From Candidatus Eiseniibacteriota bacterium (lineage in GTDB: Bacteria > Eisenbacteria > RBG-16-71-46): a stretch of DNA of 64,000 nucleotides. Shown here one piece after another: positions 18,705 to 32,269 of the stretch (the first letter of the stretch is position 1; the number at the start of each line of letters is the position of its first letter). The translations under genes were made by a program, and so were the position numbers. The notes below the pieces were generated by a model that did no database searches, had not been told where the DNA came from, and saw nothing but the letters and a program-made list of their open reading frames with translations. The DNA lies in contig CAVSAC010000014.1 of assembly GCA_963725865.1 (NCBI GenBank), forward strand, positions 928,001 to 992,000, in the 5' to 3' direction.

Positions 18705-19853
18705 ATGGAGCTGACCATCCAGCAGGGCGACCTGGCCTTCGGTGTGGCCCGCGCCCTGGGATCGGTTTCGACCAAGAGCCCTCTTCCGCTTCTGAGCTGC
18801 ATCCTGCTCGAGGCCGAGAAGGGCGGGTTGCGGATCACCGGTACCGACCTCGATGTGACCACCTCGGTGGTGGTGCCGTGCACCGTCGCATCGCCGGGCA
18901 AGACGGCCATCTCGGCCCGCCACTTCAACGACGTCGTACGTAAGATCCCGAAGGGTGTGCTCGCGATCGCGATCGCAGGCCAGCAGTGCGAGGTGCGCTA
19001 CGGAGATGGCAAGGGCTGGTCCAAGTTCCCGACCCAGGACCCCGCCGACTTCCCGCGCATTCCGGAACTGCGGGGTGAGGCGAAAGTCTCGCTGCCGGGT
19101 GACGTGCTCTCGCGCCTCGTCACGCGGAGTCTCTACGCGACGTCGTCCGAGGAGACCCGCCCTCAGCTGAACGGCGTGCTCGTCCATGGCACCGACAAGC
19201 AGGTCGCGTTCGTCGCGACCGACGGTCATCGGCTCTCGAAGGCGACGCGCAAGGGCGGGTTCGCGGGTCTCTCGAAGGAGGGCGTGATCGTTCCGGGGCG
19301 TGCGCTCCAGGCCGTCAGCCGGGTCGCCGAGGAAGCCACCAGCCCGGTCGAGTTCGAAGTCGCGGGATCCAAGAACCAGGCGGCATTCGCGGCCCAGGTC
19401 GGCGAGTATCGCGTCCAGATCCTGACGCGGCTGCTGGAGGGACCGTATCCGAACTACGAGCAGGTGATCCCGCGCGACAACCCGAAGGAACTCAAGGTGC
19501 GGCGCGCCGACCTGATGGAGGCGGTCGACATCGTCTCCTCGCACGCGGACAACATCACGCGCCAGGTCCGGTTCTCGGTACGCGCCGGAAAGCTGGGGAT
19601 CTCGTCGGCCACCGAGCTGGGGGCAGGCGAACATCTGATCGCGGCCGAGTACGCGGGCGACGATCTCGAGATCGGATACAACGCGACCTACGTCCTCGAC
19701 ATGCTGAAATCGGTTCCGACCGAGCACGTGATGTTCCGCCTCAAGACCGCCCTCGCAGCCGGGGTGGTCGAACCGGTCGGTGCGCTGCCGCAAGCCGACG
19801 AGGATCTGTTGTGTCTCATCATGCCGCTGCGACTCCCGGACGCGGCGGGCTGA
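18705..19853 (+). CDS. dnaN: DNA polymerase III beta sliding clamp
   Basis: ATDGHRL, RLLEGPYPNYEQVIP and LIMPLRL motifs. Confidence 0.97.
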   Translation: MELTIQQGDLAFGVARALGSVSTKSPLPLLSCILLEAEKGGLRITGTDLDVTTSVVVPCTVASPGKTAISARHFNDVVRKIPKGVLAIAIAGQQCEVRYGDGKGWSKFPTQDPADFPRIPELRGEAKVSLPGDVLSRLVTRSLYATSSEETRPQLNGVLVHGTDKQVAFVATDGHRLSKATRKGGFAGLSKEGVIVPGRALQAVSRVAEEATSPVEFEVAGSKNQAAFAAQVGEYRVQILTRLLEGPYPNYEQVIPRDNPKELKVRRADLMEAVDIVSSHADNITRQVRFSVRAGKLGISSATELGAGEHLIAAEYAGDDLEIGYNATYVLDMLKSVPTEHVMFRLKTALAAGVVEPVGALPQADEDLLCLIMPLRLPDAAG

Positions 19854-19855
19854 GC

Positions 19856-22098
<2,243 letters not shown>

Positions 22099-22100
22099 CG

Positions 22101-22685
22101 ATGCCGATGCTTCGACGGATCCTGATCGTGGCGGCCGCGTTCGTCGTGGCGGCGGCGCCCGCGCACGCGATGCAACGCCCGGAGCTCCTGATGAGCGCCG
22201 GCGCGACCACGCTGGTGAACGGAGATCCCGGGGATGGCGGGGTGTCCCTGTCCATCAGCTCCATGTGGCCGGCCGACCCGCCATTCACGTTCGGCCTGAT
22301 GCTGTTCGCCGACGACTGTGGCACCGACCTCGGCCGCCTCTACGATCAGCACGATGGCGTCGATCTCGGCACGGTCGAGACCCGACATCGATTCGCCTAT
22401 GGCGCCGCCTGGAGAGCCGACGCGGCATTGCCCGGTGTGGGACGCTGGGCGCCGTTCGCGAGCGCGACCTGGGGCGCGTATCGACTGCAGGACGATGCCC
22501 GCGGCGACGTGCTCGACGCCAAGACCTCGACCGGCTTCAGCATCGGGGCCGGCGTGCGCCGGCCGTTCCTCGGCAGCGGAGCGCTCGGGGTGTCGGCGCG
22601 CTGGCACGCGGTGGAACGCGGCCCGAGCACCGGCTGGCTGAGCGCGGGACTGGACTGGCAGTGGTATCTCGGCCGGCGCCCCTGA
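22101..22685 (+). CDS. Small exported beta-barrel-like protein
   Basis: Signal peptide ending AHA, amphipathic beta strands, AGLDWQWY C-terminal strand. Confidence 0.7.
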   Translation: MPMLRRILIVAAAFVVAAAPAHAMQRPELLMSAGATTLVNGDPGDGGVSLSISSMWPADPPFTFGLMLFADDCGTDLGRLYDQHDGVDLGTVETRHRFAYGAAWRADAALPGVGRWAPFASATWGAYRLQDDARGDVLDAKTSTGFSIGAGVRRPFLGSGALGVSARWHAVERGPSTGWLSAGLDWQWYLGRRP

Positions 22686-22804
22686 GGCACGACAAGGCGC
22701 GCGGCGTTCGGCTCGGCTCCACGCGCGCGGACAGGAGGTCCGCGGCGCACGACCTCAACGCGAGCCGCGTCCGGCGACGGACGCGGTGAGGCAGGACGGA
22801 AACG

Positions 22805-25336
22805 ATGGCACTCAACGATCGCTCGAAGGTCGTCGACACGAACATCGAAGAGGAGATGAAGACCTCGTACATCGACTATTCGATGTCGGTCATCGTCTCT
22901 CGCGCCCTTCCCGATGTCCGCGACGGCCTCAAGCCGTCGCAGCGGCGCATCCTGGTCGCGATGAACGACCTCAACCTGGCGCCCGGCCGACCCTACCGCA
23001 AGTGCGCGAAGATCGCCGGCGACACGTCGGGCAACTACCACCCTCACGGTGAGCAGGTCGTCTATCCGACGCTCGTGCGGCTCGCGCAGGAATGGGTGAT
23101 GCGCTATCCGCTCGTCGACGGCCAGGGCAACTTCGGCTCGATCGACGGCGACGCGCCCGCGGCCATGCGCTACACGGAGGCGCGGCTGACCCCGCTCGCG
23201 GTCGAGATGCTGAACGACCTCGAGAAGAACACCGTCGACTTCCGCCCGAACTACGACGAGACCCGCGAGGAGCCCACCGTCCTTCCGGGCGTGGTGCCGA
23301 ACCTGCTCGTCAACGGCTGCTCCGGCATCGCCGTGGGCATGGCGACCGAGGTCCCGCCGCACAACCTCGGAGAGATCTGCGACGCGATCGTGCACGTCAT
23401 CGACCACCCGGAGTCCGAGCTCGTCGATCTGCTGAAGATCGTGAAGGGCCCCGACTTCCCGACCGGCGGGATCATCTACGGCACGCAGGGCATTCGCGAC
23501 TGCTACCTGACCGGTCGCGGCCTGATGAGGATGCGGGCGCGCGTGCAGGTGGAGGAGGGGCGCCAGGGACGCATGAGTCTCGTGGCGACCGAAATCCCTT
23601 TCCAGGTCAACAAGGCGGCGCTGCTGGAGCGCATCGCCGACATGGTGCGCGACGGCAAGATCACGGGCATCAGCGACCTGCGCGACGAATCCGATCGCGA
23701 GGGCATGCGCATCGTGATCGAGCTCAAGAAGGACGCGAATCCGAAGGTCGTGCTCAACCAGTTGTTCGTGCACTCCCCGCTGCAGAGCACGTTCGGGGCG
23801 ATCATGCTCGCGCTGGTCGACAACCGTCCGCAGGTGATGAACCTGCGCACGCTGATCGACCAGTACGTCGCGCATCGTCGCATCGTGGTCCGCCGCCGGA
23901 CGGAATACGATCTCGCCGAGGCGGAGCGCCGGGCGCACATCCTCGAAGGACTCAAGATCGCCCTCGACCATCTCGACGCGGTGATCGCCCTGATCCGTGC
24001 GTCGAAGGACGTCGAGTCCGCGCGCCAGGGCCTGATGTCGCAGTTCAAGCTCAGCGAGATCCAGGCGAACGCGATCCTCGAGATGCGGCTCCAGCGGCTC
24101 ACCGCGCTGGAGCGTTCCAAGATCGAGGCCGAGTACCTCGAGGTCATCCAGCTCATCGAGCAGCTGCGGTCGATCCTCGCGAGCGAGCAGAAGATGCTTG
24201 CGATCATCCAGGACGAGGTGCGGCGCCTGAAGGAGCGGTTCGGCGACGAGCGGCGCACGCAGATCGTGACCGAAGAGGGCGAGATCGGCTACGAGGACAC
24301 CATCGAGCAGAAGGACATGGTGATCACGATCTCGCACGCCGGCTACATCAAGCGCCAGGAGATCACCGCGTACCGCTCGCAGCGCCGCGGCGGAAAGGGA
24401 GTGATCGGGGCGCGGACCAAGGACGAGGACTACATCGAGCACCTGTTCGTCGCGAACACCCACGCCTACCTGCTGTTCCTCACCGACCGCGGGCGCTGCT
24501 ACTGGCTCAAGGTCCACGAGGTCGAACAGGCGGGCCGGATGGCGCGAGGGCGCCCGCTCGTGAACCACCTCGAGGGCCTGAGTCGCGAGGAGCGCGTGCA
24601 GGCGGTCGTGGCGGTGAAGGAGTTCGACGAGCAGCACTTCCTCGTCTGTGCGACCCGCAAGGGGCTCATCAAGAAGACGGTGCTGTCGGCCTACGGCAAT
24701 CCGCGCAAGGGCGGCATCAACGCGGTGCTGCTCGAGGAGGGCGACGGCGTCATCGAGGCGATCCTCACCGATGGAACGCAGGATCTCATCCTCGCGAAGA
24801 AGAAGGGCCTCGCGATCCGCTTCCACGAAAGCGAGGTGCGGGCCATGGGCCGCACCGCGTATGGCGTGAAGGCGGTCACGCTCGACGACGACCAGGACGA
24901 GGTCGTCAGTATGGTGAGCGTCAAGCGCCAGGCGACGCTGCTGGCGGTCACCGAGAACGGCTACGGCAAGCGCAGCGAGATCTCGGACTACCGGGTCTCG
25001 CACCGCGGCGGCAAGGGGATCATCACCATCAAGACCACGGAGCGGAACGGCTACGTGGTCGCCGTCAAGGAAGTCGTGGACGGTGACGAGCTCATGATCG
25101 TGACCCGTTCCGGGCAGCTGATCCGCATGCCGGTGAAGGGCATCTCGGTGATGGGCCGGAACACGCAGGGCGTGCGCCTGGTGAACCTGCACGCCGAGGA
25201 AGGCCAGTTGCTCCCGGACACCGTCGCCGGGGTGACGCGCGTGGTGTCCGAGGAAGAGGACGACGCCGGTGGCGATGCCGGCGATGCCGGGAGCACCGGC
25301 GACACCGTTCCGGAAGGAGAGAGCACCGAGTCGTGA
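22805..25336 (+). CDS. gyrA: DNA gyrase subunit A
   Basis: [24 protein letters not shown] (catalytic Tyr), GyrA-box QRRGGKG, acidic tail. Confidence 0.98.
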   Translation: MALNDRSKVVDTNIEEEMKTSYIDYSMSVIVSRALPDVRDGLKPSQRRILVAMNDLNLAPGRPYRKCAKIAGDTSGNYHPHGEQVVYPTLVRLAQEWVMRYPLVDGQGNFGSIDGDAPAAMRYTEARLTPLAVEMLNDLEKNTVDFRPNYDETREEPTVLPGVVPNLLVNGCSGIAVGMATEVPPHNLGEICDAIVHVIDHPESELVDLLKIVKGPDFPTGGIIYGTQGIRDCYLTGRGLMRMRARVQVEEGRQGRMSLVATEIPFQVNKAALLERIADMVRDGKITGISDLRDESDREGMRIVIELKKDANPKVVLNQLFVHSPLQSTFGAIMLALVDNRPQVMNLRTLIDQYVAHRRIVVRRRTEYDLAEAERRAHILEGLKIALDHLDAVIALIRASKDVESARQGLMSQFKLSEIQANAILEMRLQRLTALERSKIEAEYLEVIQLIEQLRSILASEQKMLAIIQDEVRRLKERFGDERRTQIVTEEGEIGYEDTIEQKDMVITISHAGYIKRQEITAYRSQRRGGKGVIGARTKDEDYIEHLFVANTHAYLLFLTDRGRCYWLKVHEVEQAGRMARGRPLVNHLEGLSREERVQAVVAVKEFDEQHFLVCATRKGLIKKTVLSAYGNPRKGGINAVLLEEGDGVIEAILTDGTQDLILAKKKGLAIRFHESEVRAMGRTAYGVKAVTLDDDQDEVVSMVSVKRQATLLAVTENGYGKRSEISDYRVSHRGGKGIITIKTTERNGYVVAVKEVVDGDELMIVTRSGQLIRMPVKGISVMGRNTQGVRLVNLHAEEGQLLPDTVAGVTRVVSEEEDDAGGDAGDAGSTGDTVPEGESTES

Positions 25337-26073
25337 GCGAGCGGGAGCGGGCCCCGATGACCCGCTCTCGGCGCCCGCCCCGCGCCGACGCGGGGCTCGC
25401 CCATGGCGACCGGGCCGCCCAACCCATGATCCACATCTCCGATTCGACCGTCCGTCGTCTCTCGCACTACTACCGCGTGCTCGGGGAGCTCGAAGCCGAG
25501 GGCCGGCGCGTGGTCTCCTCCCACCGGCTCGCCGAGAGCGAAGGCATCACGTCCGCCCAGGTGCGCAAGGATCTGTCGTACTTCGGCTCGTTCGGCCGCC
25601 GCGGGCTCGGGTACAACGTCGCCCATCTGCGGACCGAGATCCGCTCGATCCTCGGGCTCGATCGGCGCTGGCGGGTCGCGCTGGTCGGAGCGGGGCACAT
25701 CGGGGCGGCGCTCGCCAACTACCGCGGCTTCGAGCGCCAGGGATTCGACATCGTCGGGGTGTTCGACTCCGATCCCGCTCGTGCCGGTCAGACCCTGGCC
25801 GGGCAGGTCGTGCGGCCGTTCGCGGCGTTGACCCCCGCCACTGGCGAGCCGGACTACGACATCGGCGTCATCGCGACCCCGATGTCCTCCGCCCAGGAGG
25901 TCGCCGACGCGCTGGTCGCGACCGGCGTTCGCGCCATCTTGAACTTCGCCCCGCGGAAGCTACAGGTGCCCGTCCACGTGGTGGTGAGCACGGTGGACAT
26001 GACGATGGAGCTGGAGGGGCTGTCGTTCGCGTTGACGCGTGAGCGGGCGCCGCGTCGGCGCGGCCGCGCATGA
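25333..26073 (+). CDS. rex: Redox-sensing transcriptional repressor Rex (start may be 25426)
   Basis: STVRRLSHY, SAQVRKDLSYFGSFGRRGLGY, GAGHIG and ILNFAP motifs. Confidence 0.95.
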   Translation: MSERERAPMTRSRRPPRADAGLAHGDRAAQPMIHISDSTVRRLSHYYRVLGELEAEGRRVVSSHRLAESEGITSAQVRKDLSYFGSFGRRGLGYNVAHLRTEIRSILGLDRRWRVALVGAGHIGAALANYRGFERQGFDIVGVFDSDPARAGQTLAGQVVRPFAALTPATGEPDYDIGVIATPMSSAQEVADALVATGVRAILNFAPRKLQVPVHVVVSTVDMTMELEGLSFALTRERAPRRRGRA

Positions 26074-26969
26074 GCGCCGCGAGCGCGCAGGTCACCGCGC
26101 GCCACGCGACGCTGTCGATGGTCCTCGCGACGCTCCTGTGGGGCGCCACGTTCGTCGTCCTGCGGGACATCCTCGTGCGGGTCTCCCCGTACGCGCTCGT
26201 GTTCACGCGTTTCGCCGCGGCGGCGGTCGCGCTCGCGCTGGTGCTCGCCGTACGACGCCGATGGCCCTCGCGGACGGATCTGGTCGGCGGCGTGGTCACC
26301 GGAACGCTTACCGCGGGCGGCTACCTGTTCCAGGCGATCGGGCTCCGCACGGCCTCGGCCGGCACCTCCGCGTTCCTGACCTGCACCGGCACGCTGTTCG
26401 CCGCGCTGTTCGCGTGGCCGCTGTTGCGGCAGCGCCCCAGCGGCACGCTGGCGCTCGGGCTCGGGATCGCCGCGGCCGGATCGGCTCTGCTGTCGTCCCA
26501 CCGCGACCTGCGCCTGGGCCCGGGCGAGCTGTGGACCCTGCTCGGGGCCCTCGCGTACGCGCTCCAGATCGTCGCGGTCGCGCGGATCGCGGTCCGAGCC
26601 GACGCGGTCACGCTCGCGATGGGACAGGCGGCGACCGTGGCGCTGCTGGCGTGGCCGTTCGCCGGCTTCCCGCGCCCGCTGATGCCGGCGCTGGCGGGCG
26701 CCGACGTCGCGCGGCTCGGCTACCTCGTGCTCGCGGGATCGGTGCTGGCGCCGATGCTGCAGATCCGGGCGCAGCGCGCGCTGCCGGCCGGCCGTATCGG
26801 CCTGCTGTTCGCCCTCGAGCCGGTGTTCGCGCTCGCGTTCGCGCTCACGGTGGGAGGGGAGCGCTTCGTGGGGCAGTGGTGGCTCGGGGCGGCGCTCATC
26901 CTCGCCGCCGTCGTGCTGGTGGAGTGGCGTTCGGGGCGGCAGGAAGCGGCTCGGACAGCCAGCGCGTGA
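26070..26969 (+). CDS. DMT/EamA family transporter
   Basis: About 10 TM segments, WG.TF and LEPVFA motifs. Confidence 0.88.
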   Translation: MSAASAQVTARHATLSMVLATLLWGATFVVLRDILVRVSPYALVFTRFAAAAVALALVLAVRRRWPSRTDLVGGVVTGTLTAGGYLFQAIGLRTASAGTSAFLTCTGTLFAALFAWPLLRQRPSGTLALGLGIAAAGSALLSSHRDLRLGPGELWTLLGALAYALQIVAVARIAVRADAVTLAMGQAATVALLAWPFAGFPRPLMPALAGADVARLGYLVLAGSVLAPMLQIRAQRALPAGRIGLLFALEPVFALAFALTVGGERFVGQWWLGAALILAAVVLVEWRSGRQEAARTASA

Positions 26970-28344
26970 GCCGTTCGCGACACGCCGCATCCGCCCGCCA
27001 CTGCTCGAGGCCGGTGGGCGCGAGCTGCGTCTCGGAGAGGCGTGCGTGTCCGGCGGCGCCGACCCGGAACAGCGCGTCGGAGAAGTCATAGGCGCCGAGG
27101 TAGTCCTCGGGCGCGATCTGCACGAACACGGCGGCCTGGCGGCCGGCGAGCTCCGCGAGCGCGGGCGCGCGCATCTCGTCGGGCCCCGCGGGACTGGTGA
27201 GCACGACCGCGCGCACCCGGGCGTCGCGCGCCGCCGCACGCGCGGCGATCGCGACCGAGCTGCCATCCGCCGCGAGCAGCACCCGCGTCGTGTCGCAGCC
27301 GCGGGCGCGCGCGAGGACGCGCACCGCCACCGCGACGTCGCCCGCGCCCGCGGTGGTCCAGGCCTCGGGGCGCTCCTCGACCGCCCAGGTTCCCGGCCAC
27401 TCGGGGCTGACCGAGTGACCCGATCCGCGCGGCTGGAGGGTCATGACCGCGTATCCGGCCCCCGCCAGTCGCTCCGCCAGCGAGTCGGCGGCGACCAGCG
27501 CTTCACCGGGGGCCAGGATCACCACCGCCGCGCGCGCGAGCCCGGCGCCCGCCGCGGGTCGGGTCGCGCCCACGAGCGCCACGCCGTCGGTGCCCGCGAA
27601 GGTGATCGGCGCGGCGCCGCGCGCGGACAGCTCGCGGAGCTCGGCGGCGTCGGCGACGTGCGACTGGCGGCCGATCGCGTCGCGCACGCGCGACTCCTCG
27701 ATCAATCCCCCGAGCAACGCCTGGAGCACCTCGACATCGTGTCCGCGCGACGAGCTCGCGAGCCGCAACAGGACATCGCGCGCAGCCGCCCGATCGGAGA
27801 GCTCGCTCGAGCGCGCGAGCGCCAGCGCCTGCCGCCGGCGCGCGCCGGGAGCATCGCCGCGGGGCTGATAGTCGCGCCACACGACGAGCGCGCTGTCGGC
27901 ACGCCCGAGCCGCTCGAGCGCCCGCGCGAGCCACGGCGACAGCGCCGCCCGATCCGCGGGGGCCTCCGTGCCCGCGAGCGTGGTCACGAGGCAGGCGCGC
28001 GCGGCCAACGCATCGCCCGGGCGTCCCCGCTCCAGCAGCGCCTGTGCCAGCGATGCCGCGGCCTCGACCGAGGCCTGGGTCGCGAACGAACGGGAGAGCG
28101 CCTCCACCGCACTGTCGGCGAGCCCGGCGCGCAGCGCGCTGCGCCCCAGCACCGTGAGGGCACGGGCGGCCTGATCGGGATCCTTGGCCGCGATGCTGCC
28201 GGCGTGCGCGGCGAGTCGCGCGCGCAGCTCGGCAGCGCGCTGCGGCTCGAGCAGCAGGCGGTCGAGCGCGGTGATGGGCGCGGCCGTCGCCACGGTGGTC
28301 AGGAGCGTGGCGAGGGCGAGGGCGCACCAGCGGACGGGTCTCAT
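26896..28344 (-). CDS. Exported TPR-like plus alpha/beta-hydrolase-fold protein
   Basis: Start MRPVRW overlaps the ABC ATPase stop. Signal peptide, Ala/Leu-rich helical repeats, then F.GTDGV.L.G, LA.AGYAV....PRGSGHS and RVRAVVLTSP. Confidence 0.7.
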   Translation of the reverse strand: MRPVRWCALALATLLTTVATAAPITALDRLLLEPQRAAELRARLAAHAGSIAAKDPDQAARALTVLGRSALRAGLADSAVEALSRSFATQASVEAAASLAQALLERGRPGDALAARACLVTTLAGTEAPADRAALSPWLARALERLGRADSALVVWRDYQPRGDAPGARRRQALALARSSELSDRAAARDVLLRLASSSRGHDVEVLQALLGGLIEESRVRDAIGRQSHVADAAELRELSARGAAPITFAGTDGVALVGATRPAAGAGLARAAVVILAPGEALVAADSLAERLAGAGYAVMTLQPRGSGHSVSPEWPGTWAVEERPEAWTTAGAGDVAVAVRVLARARGCDTTRVLLAADGSSVAIAARAAARDARVRAVVLTSPAGPDEMRAPALAELAGRQAAVFVQIAPEDYLGAYDFSDALFRVGAAGHARLSETQLAPTGLEQWRADAACRERLTRWLSEPLPAAPNATPPARRRRG

Positions 28345-29081
28345 CGGATCTCCGAGGTGGGTGCGGGACGGGCGATGGCGAGGTAGGCCTGTTCGAGGGG
28401 CGAGAGCCCGGGCTCGCGTCCGCCCCACTCGGAGCGGTCCAGCGTGCGCGCCACCCGGCCCTCGTGCAGCACCACGACGCGGTCGCACAGCCGCTCGATG
28501 GTCTCGGTGACGTGGCTCGAGAACAGCACGGCGGTCCCCGCCGCCGCGAGGTCGCGCAGCTCCTGTTTGGCGGCCAGCGCCGCCGAGGCGTCGAGCCCCT
28601 CGAGGGCCTCGTCACACAGCAGCACCGCGGGGCGGTGGAGCACCGCGGCGACCAGCGAGAGCTTCTTGCGCATGCCGTGCGAGAAGCGTCGCACCGGTTC
28701 GTCGGTGCGGCCTGCGAGGCCGAACGCGCCGGCCAGCGCGCGGACACGCGTCTCGGCCGCGGCGGGCTCGAGCCCGCGGACCGACGCGACGAACGCGAGG
28801 TACTCGTCCGCAGAGAGCTCCTCGTAGAACGTGGGCTCCTCGGCGGCGTAGCCGAGGAGCCGCTTGGCCGCGGGCGGATCCGCCCACAGGTCGACGCCGG
28901 CCACGCGCACCTGCCCATCGTCGGGCGGCTGGAGGCCGGCCGCGGTGCGCAGCAGGGTGCTCTTGCCGGCGCCGTTCGCGCCGAGCAGTCCGACGATCGA
29001 CCCTGGCGCGACCACGAACGACACCGCATCGAGGGCCCGCAAGGCCCCATAGGAGCGCGTGAGGTCGCGGATCTCGAGCAT
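28341..29081 (-). CDS. ABC transporter ATP-binding protein
   Basis: Start MLEIRDL; GANGAGKST, FSHGMRKK and LCDE motifs. Confidence 0.9.
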   Translation of the reverse strand: MLEIRDLTRSYGALRALDAVSFVVAPGSIVGLLGANGAGKSTLLRTAAGLQPPDDGQVRVAGVDLWADPPAAKRLLGYAAEEPTFYEELSADEYLAFVASVRGLEPAAAETRVRALAGAFGLAGRTDEPVRRFSHGMRKKLSLVAAVLHRPAVLLCDEALEGLDASAALAAKQELRDLAAAGTAVLFSSHVTETIERLCDRVVVLHEGRVARTLDRSEWGGREPGLSPLEQAYLAIARPAPTSEIR

Positions 29082-30307
29082 CAGGCCGTCTCCTCGAGCC
29101 GCGACCAGCGTCGCAGCCGGCGCGACGAATGGATGACGCCGGTCAGCAGCAGGGCCCAGCCGGTGAGCGGGATCATCAGGCTCGCGACCATCGCCAGGCC
29201 GAGCGTCAGCATGAGCAGTCGCCGCGCGAGATCGGCGCGTGGGAACATCGTCACCCCGTAGTTCACCCCGAGCGCGGCGATCGCGGCGCCGGCGACGCCG
29301 GTCCAGACCGCGAACACTCGTGCGGCGACGGGCGAGAGGTCGCGCGCCGCGGCCGCGTGCGCCAGCAACAGGACGGCCAGCACCAGCGACGCGGATGCGG
29401 CGCGCGCGGTCCACAGCGCGCGCGCGTCCACCGGCAGGACCCGCAGCACCGCAAAGGGGTCGCTCCCCGACAACGCCACCAGCCAGTCCGCGAGCGTGCC
29501 GGCGGCCAGCAACGCGAGCGCGAACGCGAGCGCGCGCCGGAGCGCGAGCGGCTCGATCGGCAGCGACCACGCCGCCAGCGAGGCGATCACGCAGGCGGTC
29601 AGCGGCAGCAGGCGCATGCGGGCGGCCGACGGGGCGAGCGTGATCCGCACGTCCTTCCGCCACAGCGCGCGCCACGTTCCCTCGCGGCGGTAACGCGGCG
29701 CCGGGCGCCGCCCCGCCGCGCTGCCGCGGGCGACCCGCTCGAGCACTCGCGTGACCCGATCGAGCCCGGGGCGGCGGCGGGTGCGGAGCGCGGCGAGTCG
29801 GAACGCGAGCGCGCTGGCGAGCCAGGTGGCGAGTGCCAGTGTCCCCGCGAACGCCGCCAGCAGGCCGAGCAGCGCCCAGGGCGATACGAGCGCCCACGCC
29901 GCGGAGAGCATCGCGAGCGCGGGCGGCACCATCAGCCAGGCGGGCGCCGACGCCTCCCAGGTCAGATGGGCCGCGAGGGTGCTCGGAGCAATGGGTAACG
30001 CGAGCCACTCGGGGCCCGGCACCGTGCGCGTGAGGAGCGCGAACTGGCGCCCGGCCACCGCGAGCGCGCCCGCTCCCACGAGCAGTCCGAGATGGAGCCC
30101 GAGGCGCCGCGCCACCGCGGGAGCGCCCGCCGTGTAGGCGAGCCCGTCGAGCGGGACGCGCTCCTGCCAGAACAGGAACGCAAGCACCAGCGCGGCCAGC
30201 GCCAGCAGCTCGAGCCGCAGGACGGGGTCGAGCTGACGCACACGGCGCACCAGCAGCGCGCGCCGCAGGGCGCCGAAAGCGGGGACGGATCGGGTGGGTC
30301 GGGTCAT
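29081..30307 (-). CDS. Putative ABC-2-type exporter permease
   Basis: Multi-TM protein with LW.KD.R motif, coupled to the ATPase gene; start MTRPTRS. Confidence 0.7.
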   Translation of the reverse strand: MTRPTRSVPAFGALRRALLVRRVRQLDPVLRLELLALAALVLAFLFWQERVPLDGLAYTAGAPAVARRLGLHLGLLVGAGALAVAGRQFALLTRTVPGPEWLALPIAPSTLAAHLTWEASAPAWLMVPPALAMLSAAWALVSPWALLGLLAAFAGTLALATWLASALAFRLAALRTRRRPGLDRVTRVLERVARGSAAGRRPAPRYRREGTWRALWRKDVRITLAPSAARMRLLPLTACVIASLAAWSLPIEPLALRRALAFALALLAAGTLADWLVALSGSDPFAVLRVLPVDARALWTARAASASLVLAVLLLAHAAAARDLSPVAARVFAVWTGVAGAAIAALGVNYGVTMFPRADLARRLLMLTLGLAMVASLMIPLTGWALLLTGVIHSSRRLRRWSRLEETA

Positions 30308-30393
30308 GACGAGCGCGTGGATTCTAGCCGAGTCCCTGCCGCGCGCGCAGCGGCCTTTGCGTGGCCAGGCCCCCGTGGCACCATGCGGGCGCC

Positions 30394-31308
30394 ATGGCCG
30401 ATCCAGCGCTTGCCCTCTGGTCCCCCGCATACGCGTGCGACATCGGTCCTCACGTGTTCCCCACCGAGAAGTACGCGCGAGTCCGCGATGAGTTGCTCGC
30501 GGCCGGCGTGCTGCGATCGGACGAGGTGGTCGAGCCGGGCCCGATCGCGCGAGCGGAGCTCGAGCGCGCGCACACCGCCGCCTACCTCGACGACCTCGAG
30601 ACGCTGCGCTGGACCCCGCGGACGATGGCGTCGGAGCTGCCGCTGGACGCGGGCGTGGTCGCGGCGTACCGGCTGGCGGCGAGCGGCACGCTCGCGGCCG
30701 CCCGCATCGCGCTCGCCCGCGGCGCGGGCGTGCACATCGGCGGGGGCTTCCATCACGCCTTCGCGGACCGGGCCGAGGGCTTCTGCTACCTGAACGACCT
30801 CGCGATCGCGGCTCGCGTCGTACTGGCCGAGGGCCCGGCGCGCCGGGTGGCCATCGTCGACCTCGACGTACACCAGGGCAACGGCACCGCGCGCATCTTC
30901 GAGGGCGACCCGGCCGTGTTCACGCTCTCCGTCCATCAGGAGGACAACTACCCCGTGCCCAAGCAACGCAGCACGCTCGACGTCGGACTCGCGAACGGCA
31001 CCGGCGACGACGCCTACCTGGCGCGACTCGACGACGCCTTGGACGCGGTCTGGGCCTTCGCACCGGACCTGGTGCTGTATCAGGCGGGCGCGGATCCGTT
31101 CCACGAGGATCAGCTGGGCGGTCTCGCGCTCACGCACGCGGGACTGGCGGCCCGCGACGACCGCGTCATCGCGGGCGCCGCGACGCGCGGGATCCCGCTC
31201 GCGGTCACGCTGGGCGGCGGCTACGCACGCCGTCTCGAGGACACGGTCGCGATCCATGTCGCGACCTGCACCGCGGCGTTGCGGACGGTGCGCGGAGGTG
31301 GGCGATGA
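30394..31308 (+). CDS. Histone-deacetylase-family amidohydrolase
   Basis: HVFPTEKY, GGFHHA..GFC, DLDVHQGNGT, AGADP...D and GGGY motifs. Confidence 0.92.
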   Translation: MADPALALWSPAYACDIGPHVFPTEKYARVRDELLAAGVLRSDEVVEPGPIARAELERAHTAAYLDDLETLRWTPRTMASELPLDAGVVAAYRLAASGTLAAARIALARGAGVHIGGGFHHAFADRAEGFCYLNDLAIAARVVLAEGPARRVAIVDLDVHQGNGTARIFEGDPAVFTLSVHQEDNYPVPKQRSTLDVGLANGTGDDAYLARLDDALDAVWAFAPDLVLYQAGADPFHEDQLGGLALTHAGLAARDDRVIAGAATRGIPLAVTLGGGYARRLEDTVAIHVATCTAALRTVRGGGR

Positions 31309-32258
31309 TTCGCGCCTGGGTGACCGTGGCGGAGACGGTCCGCGAGGCCAGCGCCGACGAGGCGGCGCGCCTGGCACGGGAGGGCCGCGCGCATGCGTGG
31401 ATCGACATCGAGGGCGAGAGCGTGGACGCCGGCCGGGCGCTGCTCCAGGATCTCGGGGTGCATCCCCTGGCGATCGACGACATGCTGGCCGAGCTCAACC
31501 GCCCCAAGGTCGACAACTACGGCGAGTATTGTTACCTCGTGGTGCACTCGGCGCGCTGGGACCAGGATCGGCCCAGCCTGCGCGAGATCGACATCCTGCT
31601 GTCCCCGCGACTGCTGGTGACCTACCACGATGGCGCCACGCGCTCGGTGGACGCCGCCGCGAACGCCCTCGGCCGGCGCCCGGTACTGCTGACGCGCGGA
31701 CCGTCGGTCCTGCTCCATTTCCTCCTCGACGTCATGGTCGACGGATACCTGCCGATCATGGATCGCGTCGGTGAGGAGATCGACACGTTGCAGGAGCAGC
31801 TGTTCGAGAGCGCCGGGCGCGCGATGCAGATGAGGATCATCCACCTCAAGCGCGGCATGTCGGCGCTGAGGCGGGTCGTGGGACCGCAGCGCGACACGAT
31901 GCTCGCGCTCACCCGCGACGAGCTGCCGGGGATCGGCGCGGAGATGCGGCCGTACTACCGCGACGTCTACGACCGTCTGGCGCGGGTCAGCGACCTGCTC
32001 GATTCGTTCCGCGAGGAGGCGGGAGCGCTGCTCGACCTGCGACAGTCCATCGTCTCGAACCGCCTGAACGACATCATCAAGCGACTGACGGTGATCGCGA
32101 CGGTGGGCCTGCCGCTGACGGTGATCACGAGCTACTACGGGATGAACTTCAGGCTCCCGGAGTACGGCTTCCGGCACGCCCACCTCTACGTGCTGGGACT
32201 GCTCGCGGCGAGCGGCCTGGTCACCTGGTTGATGTTGCGCCGTCGACGGTGGATGTAA
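31305..32258 (+). CDS. corA: CorA-family Mg/Co transporter
   Basis: HPLAI.D..RPK, two C-terminal TMs, YGMNF signature. Confidence 0.9.
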   Translation: MIRAWVTVAETVREASADEAARLAREGRAHAWIDIEGESVDAGRALLQDLGVHPLAIDDMLAELNRPKVDNYGEYCYLVVHSARWDQDRPSLREIDILLSPRLLVTYHDGATRSVDAAANALGRRPVLLTRGPSVLLHFLLDVMVDGYLPIMDRVGEEIDTLQEQLFESAGRAMQMRIIHLKRGMSALRRVVGPQRDTMLALTRDELPGIGAEMRPYYRDVYDRLARVSDLLDSFREEAGALLDLRQSIVSNRLNDIIKRLTVIATVGLPLTVITSYYGMNFRLPEYGFRHAHLYVLGLLAASGLVTWLMLRRRRWM

Positions 32259-32269
32259 CGGGGACGGGG

